Below, piece by piece: positions 14,201 through 29,200 of a stretch of 64,000 nucleotides of DNA. Made by a program: the position numbers and the translations under genes. The DNA lies in assembly GCF_964355755.1 (NCBI RefSeq), contig NC_092672.1, forward strand, positions 34,850,437-34,914,436, given 5' to 3'. The first letter of the stretch is position 1; each line of letters opens with the position of its first letter. This stretch comes from Antedon mediterranea. Lineage: Eukaryota; Animalia; Echinodermata. The notes under the pieces were generated by a model. The model was not told the DNA's origin. It ran no database searches and worked only from the letters and a program-made list of their open reading frames with translations.

Positions 14201-17200
14201 CGGTGTTATTTTGCGACCCACTGGTCGAGGCTGCCCCGGCGGTTTTGGATGTTTCTCACCTAGCGTTGGTGAATCAGTTCGGGATACTATTGCACTATTG
14301 TTATTTATTTCAGGAATTTTATTCTAAAAAATTAATTAAAACGAAAAATGAATGAAGAAAAATATAGCCAAGACAAGGGAACCGAAACCACAGCATTAAT
14401 ATTGGCACTGTAGATTTAAGTAACTCATCAGCCATAGTTATGGCAGTCAAAGAAATCTTTTAGGGTAAGAACTTTACAAGTGTAGAGGTCCAGTATACAC
14501 ATCTGGCATGTGTGTATAAGGTAATCCAAGTTTTCCAGTCTTCAAATTTTATCATTATTATATAACAGCTAAATAAATTCCTGATTGGACGATTGTGGGT
14601 CACATGGCGTGCAATAGTATGCACTATTGAACAGTCGTATACCTACTAGTACAATCAATTCATTATGGAGACCACAGGCCTTATATCGCAATGGGACGAA
14701 AGATGTTTACCAAATAATATTAGTTCATTCTTATAGAAGCTCTGCACATTATTACCCAGGTAACTTTTTGGATCAACCACGTATGGAAATATACTCCCAT
14801 AATGCAGCTAGTAATCAGTGCAAAATTGTGTTTTGATCTAACCGGGTACCCATTTAATCCATCTCGGTGGAAAGAGACAAATGTAAAGTGTCTGGCCTAA
14901 GGATACAAGTAGTGCAGCGAGAGTTTGCTTCGAACCACGATCAGTAATCCAACGTCCAACACACTGCGTCACACGCCTTCATTAAATAATATAAAACTTA
15001 CCGATGATTTTGGCTTTTTATGAATATCACCTGAATCATCAACTGATGTTTTTGTTTCAATTTTTCTATTATTTTGCCACTGGTTTTTCTCTGGTTTTTC
15101 TTTTGTTTTATGTTTGGAGAATGAATTTAAGATAAGTAAGCAGTAATGTAGGTTTTTATTGGTAGCATAGTCCATAGCAGTTGCATCAAATTTATCTTGT
15201 TCTTCCATATTTACTAGCAAAAATCAACATAAAAACATTTGTTATATAGATGTACATGTGTGCTAAAAAATAATTGTATTGGAATTTAAAATTAAAGGAA
15301 AAAATATATAAAAAATTGTAATCTTAGGCCCAAAAAATTTTTTCGAGCCTTGTGGTCGCAGCGCTTTACAGAAAAATAATTTTAGTTAGGCGCTATACAA
15401 AAGACAATTATTATTATACTTAAAAAAGAATTATGATGTTTGTTGCCCAAGTACAGCCTCTATTGAAAAACAGGGTAAGTAAGATTTTTCAAACAAAATT
15501 ATTTTCAGCTGATTTTATGTTAATGACTATAGAAATATTAATTATTGCTGTAAAAAAAGATTGTGTAATTTTTCTTTTTTACGGCCTTGTCTCTAAATCA
15601 CTAGACATACCTCCTTCTTCCAGCAGTAGGTTCACCACCTCTCCATGCCCATTAATTACCGCTAAATGTAGACATGTTCTACAAATGTTGTCTGTTTCTT
15701 TCAAACATTCATTGCCTACCATATTTAAAATTATTCTGCATGCTTCCATTGATCCTAAAAATCACACAAAAATAGAAGTTTTCAAGTTTAAAATTATTTG
15801 TTAAAAATATGGTTAATATCTTTATTAACTTTCTACACTCTTAAGCTCTGTCAACACTATCCAACTTTATGTGACAAAAAAATGTGATGTGCCCATATAT
15901 GGACATGATGATGTCATAGCACTACCATATTTTCAAATATCACTACCATATTTGGGCACATCAAACTTTTTTGTCAAACTAGTTTGATAGTGTAGACAGA
16001 GCTTAACATATAACATTCAGACCCAAGCTCCTGAAAATTGAGGAACTCCTTATGAAACAGCCTGTAGTGCATTCATTTATTCATTCATTTATTTATTTAT
16101 TTTTTATTTATTTATTCATTCATTTATAACTAACACCTTTGTTGACTATTTCCATATCAATTACTATTATTTTTAAGTTTAAAAAAACAATGGGTTACAC
16201 AAAAAGGTTGTTTTGAAGCTAGGTTGGGGTTAAGCCAAGTGGAGGGCCAACAACTAACATCAGTCTGGGCATTAAGCCATAAAGGGACAGCAAGACCTTC
16301 AACTTTGGATGACCCAACCAACTCATGTGGCCTAGCAGAATAAACTGGTCCTGGGAGAAATGAATGTTTTACAAGTCTACTTTTATTTTCAATCATATTT
16401 TCTAGAAAGAAAATAAATATTTATTTTGTTAACGTGACGTGTCAAGCCTACCTTGTTCTGCTGCCATGTGTAGTACTGTTTTACCTTCACTGTCCCTGAT
16501 AGCCACTGTGTCTGGTGTTATTAATTTCTACAAAGAAAATATTGTAATAACATTCAGTAATTCATCTTTTTATTTCTGAATACCAGAACATATTATATCC
16601 ATAGCAAAAAAAAAGAAGCTTAATATAAGAAATTATTGTACAGATAACCAAAAAAAAAGAGTTGATCAATTCATTTTTAATATTTTTCATTTGTTTCTAT
16701 TGACAATAGAGACTTTGTGATAATAATTCATCTTATATAGCATTTAATTGAATTGAAATATTCTATTTATACTGGGCGACGTCTTCAATCAAAGACTGGT
16801 CTCCTAGAGATCAGTGGCTGTGATGTACTAATACACCTGGGTAACCACCTACTTGTCTCAAAAGATGTACTAGGTTCTTCAAAGTGCACATGTGTACACT
16901 GGACCTATTGTTTATAGTCTTTATCTGAGAAGACTTGTTCTACCACCAGAACCATGGAGTGAGTGAGCCTCAAACCCCTGCCGAGGTTATGGCTACGTAA
17001 TTACGGTTCCACTGTCTTAACTGCTCGGCCAATCACTCATAATGCTGAAAGTTTCTCAGCTCTTCACATTATTACTCCGGCCATTTTGGAACCGAAATTC
17101 AACTGCCACACTGTTGCAGATAGTAATCAGCACAGCATCTTTCAACCAACTTAGCCACAAAGTTAAAAATATTGATTTAATTACCTTAAGACATTTCATT

Positions 17201-20200
17201 GGTTCCGTTCTTCTAACTGCCCAATGTATCCAAGTCCGTCCATTCATATCTCTCTCAATGCCATCACTTTCTTGTACCTGATTATTTGGTGAATTTAGTA
17301 TCAGCTCTAAATGTCTTGTGTTGTCCATACGACAGGCCCACATTGCAGGTGTCAAGCCATCTCTATCACGTACACTTACGTTAACATTTGCCCTTAACAG
17401 GAGCTGTTGTCAAGTTAGGGAGAAATTGAATATGTTGTGTAACAAATTAAAAGCATCTTATATATCGAATTAAGTGTACAAATAATGGTGAATTGTAATG
17501 CCTTCAACATATATTTTTTCAATCCAATTTTTGGTCAAAGTGATTAAAAATAGTATTATGTATGTGATATTCAACAACAAACATTTAAAAAATGTTTTTC
17601 AGGGAGACAATATATTTGTATAATGTATATTTGTGTACTGATTTGTGATTTTTCCATTTACTATCATAAAGTGCATGTTGAAATCCTATTAACAGATACA
17701 CTACTATTACTAGTATTAAGTAACAACTGAGAGGTGAGGCACATAAAGCAAGATTTTGAATGAAATTGAAACAGCAATTTAAATCCTTTATTACTCACCT
17801 CCATGTTGGCACTAGAGCTAGCCATGGATGCCCAATGGATAGGTGCACGTCCATAGCAGTCCTGCAGGGTTACGTCTGGCTTGTATTGTAAGAGAATCTC
17901 TAAAGCTGTATAGTTGTTGTCATACACCGCACGATGTAAAACAGTTGAACCATCTATGAGAAGAAAAAAAGTAATTTAAGGCCAATACACAGTGATAACA
18001 GAAAGCGATAAACAATATCGTTTCGTTTAATTATTTAGCAAATCAATACAATATAAAAATATACATTTAAAAAAGTGCTGGGCAGGGGCAACTTAAGCTG
18101 TAGTTAACTCAAATGAGTCAGCTACTCCTCATGTAGCGAAAAACAAAATATTAGAATCGATGTTATTTCTTATGCCCATTTACACACAACATGGAATGGC
18201 GGGCGGTTGAGCGGAAACCTGCTAAGGATAGATACAGATTCTATGTGGACAAGCTATGCGGTTTTCTCCTACCGTTATAGCTCAGTGGTGTAAATTGGCC
18301 TTTATAAATAAGTAGCTGTTACTATCATGATGATAGTGAATATTTATGATTATAATGATGTAGTTTATTATATGATAAATATGACGATTGGTTATAATGA
18401 TTTTATTTATTATGATAAATATGATTCTTGATTTGAAAACAGGGTGTTTGAGGTTGCAAAGAAAGTTCATTATTTTATTAACCACTTACCGGTAACGACT
18501 ATAGCCTGATGATGATGATAATGATGATGATGATGATGATAATGATGATGATGATAACGATGATGATACCGATGATGATGATATGATATTACCATAGGTT
18601 ATGATTCATTTTAAATAAAACTGCTTTCTCTGTGGCTTTGCTTTTTATTCATCAGTTTACAAATTGCTGGTGGTATACATGATATATTTAATTTTTTTAT
18701 TTTTATTTTATTAATTTCGGCAAACACAGTTATACAGACCTAAATACAAACAAAATAGCTAGATTGCACCCAGGAGTGGCAAAAGAGGCCAATAGCTTCT
18801 GTCGCCAATTAGGCGTGTCACTCCAACAACAAAAACAACAAAAAAGGTAAAACGAAAAATAATCAATATAAATATATTATATTACACATTCCCAGTACAA
18901 TACATGCAGTATAATGAACATTTTACCATTAGCTTGTATGTTAATGTTAGCATGAAGTTTTAGTAGAGTTGCTACGCATTCATTCTGATTGACATGCACT
19001 GCGTACATTAAAGCTGTCCTCCCTAAGGCATCCACATCATCTTTGCAATTTGTATCTTAAAAAACAAAAAATTAAAATGTTATAAATGAAAAATAACCAT
19101 AATTTATAGCATACATTTCTGCACATATATTTCTTATTTTTGCACTTATTATTACATGTGGCATGTAACATTTAACTTGTCCTGATATTAAATTCTATAT
19201 TTTTCTATTTCAGATGACTTTCAAAAAAATTCTCGACATTTTCTCCTAAAAAAAATAATGGTCTCTTCTTCACATATTCCTAATTCTTGTTTAATGGATT
19301 AAAATCTATTTTGTTGACTGTTGTGTAAAGAACAAAGTACTGTAGATAATTATATTAACAATAAGAATTGACTTTTAGTTCATTCATTGATTGTTAAGAA
19401 CACTGGTATACATTGATGTGTCTAATTACACTCATTATTGTTTGACCCAGAATAAATTAGACAATACACACACTTTAACTGTTAAAGGACAAACTACAAT
19501 ACTACAAATAAACACGGGTATGTGAGCTCTGTCTACACTATATCAAATTTTATGTGACAAAAAAAGTGTGATGTGCCCAAATATGGTAGTGATATTCTCA
19601 AATATGGTAGTGATATAATATCATCATGTCCTGGGTACATCACATTTTTTTGTCACCTAAACTTTGATAGTGTAGACAGAGCTTTAGGGTATGTTTAATC
19701 AAGTAAAAATGTTTTTAATGAATCTTTCATTACACAATACTGTAATAATTACTTTTTCAAAACAATCGTTTTACCAGTAACTTGTTAATTAGATCCTACA
19801 AACATATCTATCATGTAATGTAATGGTATACTAATTTTATTTTATAGAATTACAATTTAATTTAATTACTGTAATGTGAGACACCTGCTTAAAAAATGGA
19901 ATATCCCACAAAAACTCTTGTGAATCTGACCTTGTGCATTGAACCTGATATGTTGCTATGGTACCATAAACTAATTGTATAACCCTATTCATATGCGGCA
20001 ACAATAAATAATATTGCGTCTTAAATTAATCAATAATTACAATGGCAAAGTGTGTTGACATTGTACAGAATAATACAAAGCTTTTCGGAAAAATATGTAA
20101 ATATTTGTAGAGGTTTTTCTTTTTTTTTCTTTTATGAAAACATTGAATAAATCAGGGAGGAGGATCCAGGATTTCCTAAACGGGGAGGAGCCAACATTTA

Positions 20201-23200
20201 TAATAATTAATAGTTTGCTAAAAATAGAAATTGAAAAGTAGTTCATAATTTTAGCTACCAAAAGGAGGGAAGAGTTAAAGCACACCCCTAGCATTCCTCC
20301 TTCCCTGTTTCTGTTACATTTAGATTTGAGCCCCAAAAAGTACTGTAGTGGGCACTACAAATATTATATTTTACAGTGAGTGTGTGTGTGTGGAAAACCT
20401 ATATAACCATGGAGTAAAGTTTACTCCATGCTATAACCAAAAAAATCTATAAATACCTGCTACAACCTGCACAGTTAAATTTTGTAATTTTTTTTTCAAG
20501 TAAAAGTAATCAAATTGAATCAACTAGATGGCACGCTCGCTTCGCTCGCGTACCATCTAGGGGTGCTCACAGATGGTTCTCGAATACAGTAGAATCCACG
20601 GACGGGGACTTTTTTGGGACACTAAACAAAAACGGAAGTGTCCCCCTAATTGGGGTATTCAGAAATAGAGACAACAAAACCAATACTGAATTCCATAAAG
20701 GACAATTAATTTATGTGGATTAAAGAAATTAGGGAGAAATGGAAATGTATGTACGGGAATTGGGCGACACGTGGTGGTGGTGATGGAACCGCAGTAATAA
20801 AGTTGATTGTATTTATATATTATAAGAACCAAACTAAATAAATAGACCTAGACATTCTGCGAAATGAAAATCGGAAATGCAAGCTCCTATTCAGTGAAAA
20901 ATTAAACTGTAGTCTACCTAAATATTTAGGGCAAATCATCGGTTGTGGTGTTGAAATTCCTGTAAACATTTGTGTGAACCAAACTGGGTCGAATTTCTGT
21001 CATGAGTACTGATTTGTTGGCCTGTGATTTATGACGCCTAAGGGATCTATCTAGACTTATTTTTTAGAATAATGTACGTACCTGTCAGATACAATTGTCT
21101 TGTGTCGTATAATAAATAAGTACTGTAATAGTTACTGAAGTTACTATTACAATCTCGTCAATGAAAACACGAAAATGTATATGCACTTACTTATGAAAAC
21201 GTATACAGTATTATACTCAGTTATTGAAACAGTAGGTTTAAAAGTTTCGTTTGTCTGTAAAATGATGTAATCAAGCTGTTTACATGAGTCTTAATTTATA
21301 AGCACATCAATAATAAAATAGTTTATCTATCCTGTAATTGGCGATATTATGGTCGCTGTTGAATGAAATAAAGCCAATCGGTATCATATTTGTACAGAAA
21401 CGTTTTCGCGGCCGAAGGGTGTAACCTAAATTCGTTGTATTATCGTCAAGAACTAACTGTAACTAAACTTACATAGAAAGTAGGGTATCATAAATTTGGC
21501 CTTAGCACTCGGGGGAGTGGCTAAGATGAAGTCCGTGGGACTACTAAATATAAATTGTAATGAACCTCGAGGGACATAAATAGGAATATTTCATGTTTCA
21601 TTATCAATGTATAATAAATGGAAACTGTTTACCGATTCAAATAATAGAAATTGGTTTTTAACATTTTCCGAACCTATTGCAAGTTTATTCTCAAAGGGCC
21701 CATATATTTACCTACCGTATGTGTTAAACCAAGGGCTCATAAATTTACCTACAGTACTTGTGTTAAACCAAACTCTGGCAGACTGAGAGATTGGGATGTT
21801 CCATTCATCGGAAATCAATACATTTGTATAATCGTATATTAAATCTATCAAAATAGTATTTTTTAAAGAAAATCGGCCTGTCTTCAACATTATGATGGTG
21901 TACTCTAGCAATCTATCAAAATAGTATTTTTTAAATAAAATCGGCCTGTCTTCAACATTATGATGGTGTACTCTAGCTGTTCAACCGGTTTTCAGCTATT
22001 AAAAACAATTATCGTAGGAGGAGATAGGAAAATGCGAAGCCTCCTCGCTATGTAACATTAGGGTTGAGGGATGGGAAAGCGGATAGGTACAAAGAGGAAC
22101 AATTTTTAAATATATTCTTTATCCACTGAGTAACGAAATATTTTGTTCATGTTTTATAGGCCTATAAATAATATACCTCTAAATACAGTAGGCCTAAAAC
22201 ATTTGCGATTTAATACTTTGTTAAAACTGTCACTGTCATAATCAATTGAAATATTAAAGTACATGTCACGATACACCACTACGACGTTTATATTTTTGGT
22301 AATTATTAATTAATACAAACGTTGAGAAGGAACTGTCAGTATAAAGTTTATTTGTATATCTAACAGTAGAGCCTATCCACAGTCTCAGTAATAAAGTTTA
22401 TTTGTATATATTTTTATATTACATCTAACAGTACGAACATTCACAGTAAGAAATGTTCGATTCAAATGAAAAATAGTTAATAGGTATTTACAGTATTGTC
22501 AAAGTATTGCAAGTTTATTCTCAAAGGGCCCATATATTTACCTACCGTATGTGTTCAAGGGCTCATAAATTTACCTACAGTACTTGTGTTAAACCAAACT
22601 CTGGCAGACTGAGAGATTGGGATGTTCCATTCATCGCAAATCAATACATTTGTATAATCGTATATTAAATCTATCAAAATAGTATTTTTTAAAGAAAATC
22701 GGCCTGTCTTCAACATTATGATGGTGTACTCTAGCTGTTCAACCGGTTTTCAGCTATTAAAAACAATTATCGTAGGAGGAGATAGAAAAATGCGAAGCCT
22801 CCTCGCATATTTTTGGCGGGTATTTTTCAAGACGGACATCCATTAGACAGTGTATACCACGATCGGAAAACACCCCTATTTGGGGCAAATCGTTTAACCT
22901 AAATTCGTTTTAATCGTCAATAACTAATTATTTAACTCAATTTAATTAGTAAACAGGGTTACATCAGGCGGTTAAAATCAGTACCGAAAGTACGAACCAA
23001 CTTTACATACAATCGAGTGAAAATTCTAGAAGTAAGGCGCGATTTACCAAATTTTGCCCTTACGTAAATTTATATATAGACTAGATGGCACGCTCGCTTC
23101 GCTCGCGTACCATCTAGGTCGTGCCCACAGATGGTTCTCGAATACACAGTGTTTTCCAGCGAGAAAAAAATGGAGATTTCAAATGTACGTACTGCAGGAC

Positions 23201-26200
23201 TATAATACATTGTCGTTTACAGAAACGAATAAATATACACGATGATTTATGTAGTCAGCTAAAATTAGCACCCTGGGAATTACTTCCGAGAGAGAAACAA
23301 AATGAGTCAAATTTTTTTATTTGGACTCATTTAAACAAACCCAATTTGTGTTTTGTATGTAACATTAAGGGTTGAGGGATGGGGGAAGAAGATAGGTACA
23401 AAGAGGAAACATTTTAAAATATATTCTTATCCACTCAGTAACGAAATATTGTTTTTAATGTTTTATAGGCCTATAAATAATATACCACTAAATACAGTAA
23501 AACATTTACGATTTAATACTTTGTTAAAACTCTCACTGTCATAGTCTATTGAAATAGTAAAGTACATGTAACGATACACGTACCACTACGTACGTTTATA
23601 TATTTTTAAATTATTAATTAATACAAACGTTGAGAAGCAACTGTCAGTAATAACGTTTATTTATTTGTATATTATATGTTTATAATCTAACAATACCTTA
23701 ACAGTATTGTACAGCATTGCAATACTATTTATGTTTATTCTCCAAGGGGGCCCATAAATCTAAATCTATACCTCTATGGTTAAACCAAATAATTTGGAAT
23801 GTTCCATTCATCACAAATCAATACATTTGTAAAAACGTATATTACATGTATCAAAATAGCATTTTTTAAAGAAAATCGGCCTGTCTTCAACATCATGATG
23901 CTGTACTCGAACTGTTCAACCGGTTTTCAGCTATTAAAAACAATTATCGTAGGAGGAGATAGGAAAATGCGAAGCGTCCTCGTATTATTGTGTGCGGGTA
24001 TTTTTCAAATTGACATCCATTAGACAGTGTATACCACGATCGGAAAACACCCCTATTTGGGGCAAATCTTTGAACCTAAATTCGTTTTAATCGTCAATAA
24101 CTAATTATCGAACTCAATTTAATTAGTAAACAGGGTTACATCAGGTGGTTAAAATTAGTACCGAAAGTACGAACCAACTTTATATACCATCGCGTAAACA
24201 TTCTAGAAATAACGCACGATTTACCGATTTTTGCCCTTACGTAAATTTATATATAGATATGAACCCTTATGTGCATAAAAAATCAAACCTAGAAATGAGA
24301 AACAAGAAAAACAGAATATCGACTAGGCCTAGTTATTTGTCAACCAATAAAGATTGATTTTTAAACTCATTGTTGTGTAAGTCTCAATCACTCACTGTTC
24401 ATATTCATCTGCATAAATTAGACTATCAGATAGAAAGCATTATCTGTACTGTTGGGTAAAAACGAGTTAATGATGGGTGACACATCTACAGTAGCCATGG
24501 ATGGCTACCTGTTGTACAAGTGGGGTGGATGAGCCAGGTTTTAATAAACAAAGATCCTCTCTTGTTGAAATTGTTAGTATTTAAGCTGATTCAAATAAAT
24601 AGCTAAATTACAATATCCAATTCTACTTTTTTTAAGTACACTCCTTTAATTTTTAAGTACTGTACCTTTCCTTTTAATTGATTAATATGAGACAAATGGT
24701 ACAGTATAACCAATGTTAATTTTTAAATGGGTAGTAGTAGTCGAAGTTTGCAGTTCGACTTTATGAAGTCGAGCTTTTAGCCGAGTTGCACACGTCTGGG
24801 TAACAAAGGCTAAACATTGGCCAATGACAAGAGAGTATTTAAGGAGCAGACGAAATTTTGCGCATTGATATCACTTTCCATTTTCTTACAAAACTTTTTA
24901 CGCATCAGGACTATATACATGAAAAATAATTTTAATCGTTAATTATTAGAACAAGATCAGTATTAATTTAACAGTGAAGTACTTTTGATTAACAAACAAA
25001 ATCTTCAAAATATATTTAGGAACCATTGGCGGTACGGTAACTTTCATATTTTATAGGCCTCCAACAAAGTATGATCGCCACGAACCACGTACTTCCTAGC
25101 GTGACAAGAAAGCGCTAGGCCCCTAAAACATTCCATCGCGTGGTGAATTGCCGCATCTCCATTGTCGCTATGGCGTGACGTAGTTGAAGTCGGACTTGCG
25201 CGAAGAAAATAATGTAGTTTGTATACAGTTGTAAATAAAGATGATTTTCATTATTATAACTTATACCAATGTATTTAATTAAGCTAATATAAAAATAGAT
25301 ATTTCATTCTTCAATATCTGGCCAATATAACAACTCAATGACTGTTACGTTTTTTATAAACATCGTTTAAAAACCATTTAGTCGACCATTTAGCCTGCCC
25401 CCTCCAGGACTAAAAAAATCGATCAAAATCCGTCTCGATTTAGTCGAGGTTGGCCTGATTTAGTCGGTGATTTAGTTGAAGTTCGGTTTATGAATTAAAA
25501 TGACGTCATTTTTTTAGTTTTAGCTCGAACTACGACTAAAGTCCGGTTTAAGAATACGGGCGTAAGTTATTTACTGTATTAGTAAATTTATTGTGTAGAA
25601 CTAGAAGGTTATTGTTTGTTCTGTACTGCAGTCTACAGTACTACCACACAGGATGAAATATTGACAGAATGGTTTAACTGCCAATCAAATCAATATTCAG
25701 TTTATTTAACACAACAAATTACACAAACTGTAATAAAGGCTGTGAATTTGCTATCTGACAATAAATACTTACTATTTATTAATTTTATCCTTAAAAGAAA
25801 AAATATTATTTTATAAGATTCAATCAAGAAGTATCCATCTTAAAGATGTATTGTCCCCCAAAAACATGAAAAATGAAGATTAATTAAATCAGACTTTGAA
25901 TAGGTTATTTTGTAGTTTTAATCAAGTTAATCACTTGCGTAGAGGAAAAAAAAAATAATGTTTTCACTTATAAAATGACAAAATAAATGGTTAAATTCAA
26001 CCAAAAATCCAATGGCTGACAGCCAATTTGACTATTTTTAAAATTTAAATTGCATTATTCAGGTAAATAATTTTTATTTTCAATCAAATTTTGGATGGAG
26101 TGGATAACTAATAATAATAATAAAATGGCATATTCAACAAAAAAAAATTAACAAAAAACAATACATCTTTAATGTTTACAATTTATATACAATTTCTATA

Positions 26201-29200
26201 CTTAATTGATACAGTACATATTGTTGTTTATTATTATTTGTTTATTTAGGTAAATTAGAGGTGACAATAATGCTTAAAAGACAAATATAATTATACAAGC
26301 AACAAAAAGTCTTAAAGTGAGTGGAATTTTTAACCTGCTACAGGATTTGAACCCCAGACCCTTAATCACCAAGCTGCAACTAAAGATAAGACCACATAGA
26401 TAATTATTTATATAATTTAATGCAACCACATCCAACAGCACAAAATCCGCTAATTATAGGATGCCTTAAAAATATTTATATATAAATATATACATAAAAC
26501 CACAGAAAATACAATATGAAACATACAAAAAAAGGCAAAATTAAATAGATTTAGGAACTTTAAACACTAACTCAAATTTGAGCATGCGACTGCAGCCATG
26601 TATATGGCCTTGTTTTTTATCCCACAACAAACTTACCTTTTTCAATCAGTTGTGTAATTAACGTTTCATCGCCTTCTTTAGCAGCTTGTAAAATTAAAGG
26701 CACCGTTTGTATACCATCTGACGGTAAACTCTTTGATAGTCCTTTCTGACTGTCCAAATCCACCCACTTCCACTGAAAGTGATCAGGAATATCTTGATAT
26801 GGTGTCAGAGGGCTTAGACCTCTTGAGATGGAGACAGACGAGCGTAATTTGACACCGGACTGTCGTTCTTGCGTCCTAAGCCATACTGTTTTGAAGTATT
26901 TTTTCATGTGCAGTAAAACGAGGTTGAATCCATCTCGTAGTTCGGCACAGTCTTCATCTTCTGGTAATTTTACGAGGAACTCTTTGATAAATGTTACAGC
27001 TTTCTTAAAATCTAGGAAAAAATAGAAAAACATCAATACTAACTTAATAGACAAAATTAATTTGTACGTTCGTGGGAATTACAGTAACCAGTGGTGATAA
27101 ACTATACAATGATGACATGTGAATTATACTAAAATAAATTTTCTTGTTAGAAACCCAGAAGAAAATATTGATAATTATTGCTTTGGAACGGCTTTATTAA
27201 ATATTATTATCAGAAATTATTATAATATTAACGCCGTGGTTAGGATTCCGGCACCGGAACTCAACTGCCCACCGTTAGGGAATCCGACACGCTATTGCGC
27301 ATGCCCAGAGCTATGGGAAGTGAATAGCTTGCACTAATAGCAAAGAACTTATAACACAAGAATCTCCTGTTCGTCCGAAGCGCGTAACAATTTTCGAAAG
27401 GCATTGTGGGATAGAATAGAGCTATGGGTGCCGCCATTGTGAGCCATGGAGTAGGGCGCCCGCATCAAATTAGAAAGTCAAAATCATAGAGGGGATCTGC
27501 TAATGCTCTAGGGGGGATAGAGTAATTGACTGAGGAGTAGGGCGCCCGCATCAAATTAGAAAGTCAAAATCATAGAGGGGATCTGCTAATACTCTAGGGG
27601 GGTAGAGTAATTGACTTCCTAGTTTGGAGGGGGGCGCTGCTCCATGCTGTGAAATGGCGTCGCCCAGTTTGACCTTTTAACCCTGTACTTCCGATACTGT
27701 GTTTTGAATGCAAATTGAAGAACAGGAGATTCTTGTGTTATAAGTTCTTTGCTAATAGTGCCACACCACACCACCACACCACGGAGAGTCGAAGTGTTAT
27801 AGGGATTTACTGTAGCCTAGATAGTCGTTGCACGAGCGAGAGAGCGATGGATGAAACTTGGCCTATGCCATACAAGAATTAATAATTAAAATACGACTAC
27901 GCCACGCGTTAAAATAATTATAATGATATTAATAAGTATCAGTATCTAAGATTAATCGTAATGCTGTTTTTAGCGTTGTGACCCTGACTTCCCGAACAGT
28001 TTTTTCACATCCACGCGGTGGCTGCAGTCAACAAATCAACTTGTGATTGCATGTTGTTATGTACAGTATAATGCGTTATGAAAAATCATAAAACTAGTCA
28101 TGTAATTATATAATTCATAATGATATGAAGTTTATATATGAATGAAGCAACCACTTTTTAATTACAAAATCAATAGGCCCACTGGTCACGTCTAACTGGT
28201 AGCCCTAGCCTAGATTAGTGGATCCCGTATTAGTAGGCATCTAGGCTAGTTCGCCGTGTGGCGCAGCTATGAAATGATCCATCGTAATATTAATGCATTT
28301 ATTTGTTATGACTATTAGTATGCCTATGAGATGTCACCTGCTCTGCTGATCTGCTTGAACACTATTATCATTTTATTGTTGTTGTTATTGGTGAAAAAAC
28401 CTTGCAAAATAGGGGAAATAATAAACGCCGTGGTTAGGATTCCGGCACCGGAACTCAACTGCCCACCGTTAGGGAATCTAACACGATATTGCGCATGCCC
28501 AGAGCTCTGGGAAGTGAATTATAGCTTGCACTAATAATAGTGCCACACACCACACCACCGAGAGTCGGAGTGTTATAGGGATTTACTGTAGCCTAGATAG
28601 TCGAGTCGTTGCGCGAGCGAGAGATGGATGAAACTTGGCCTATGCCATACATGAATTAATAATTAAAATACGACTACGCCACGCGTTAAAATAATTATAA
28701 TGATATTACAGTAGAACCTCCATTTTACGTACGGTACGGGACCGAAAGGCGTACGTAAAACAAAGGATTCGTAAAATCAAGGTTGACCTTAAATTGACCC
28801 CAAATACGTAGAGATCGTAGCTATAAAGGCTACCCTGTTTGTCTACTTTATTGAACAGCATGCAGGTTGTCACTAGCTAGGCCTTGCCTAGACTATTCAG
28901 GCCAGGCTAGCAGGCCTACTAGCAAGATGTGAGGCCTAACTAGAAAAGTACAGTACTGTACAGTATATACAGGCTGTGAGATGTTTAAATAAAGTGTAAA
29001 ATATCAATGTTCTTGTATTTTCTATCAATAGAAACAGTCGCTGCTTAAAATGCACGTGCGTAGCTTGACTCAAACACACAGCAGAATTCCACACACAGCC
29101 ATGATTGTGGCTTTGTGTGCTTTGTTGTTGTTAAATTGCGCCCTCAATGTAAGAAAATGATGACGTCGTCATCGGTTATTTTAAGCGTACGTAAAATCAA

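Noticed and set aside
24395-24508. Extra ankyrin-gene exon (acceptor and gtgagt donor present, small palindrome gtagccat-gg-atggctac)
   Set aside because: In the required phase it hits a stop within a few codons; a poison exon or alternative first exon cannot be supported without RNA data.
24730-25561. Harbinger-like MITE ending in aagaatacgggc
   Set aside because: Only one convincing terminus is seen, so boundaries and TSD cannot be defined.
27119-28534. Duplicated small ORFs containing 'NAVVRIPAPELNCPPLGN'
   Set aside because: These are translations of the MULE terminal inverted repeat, not genes.
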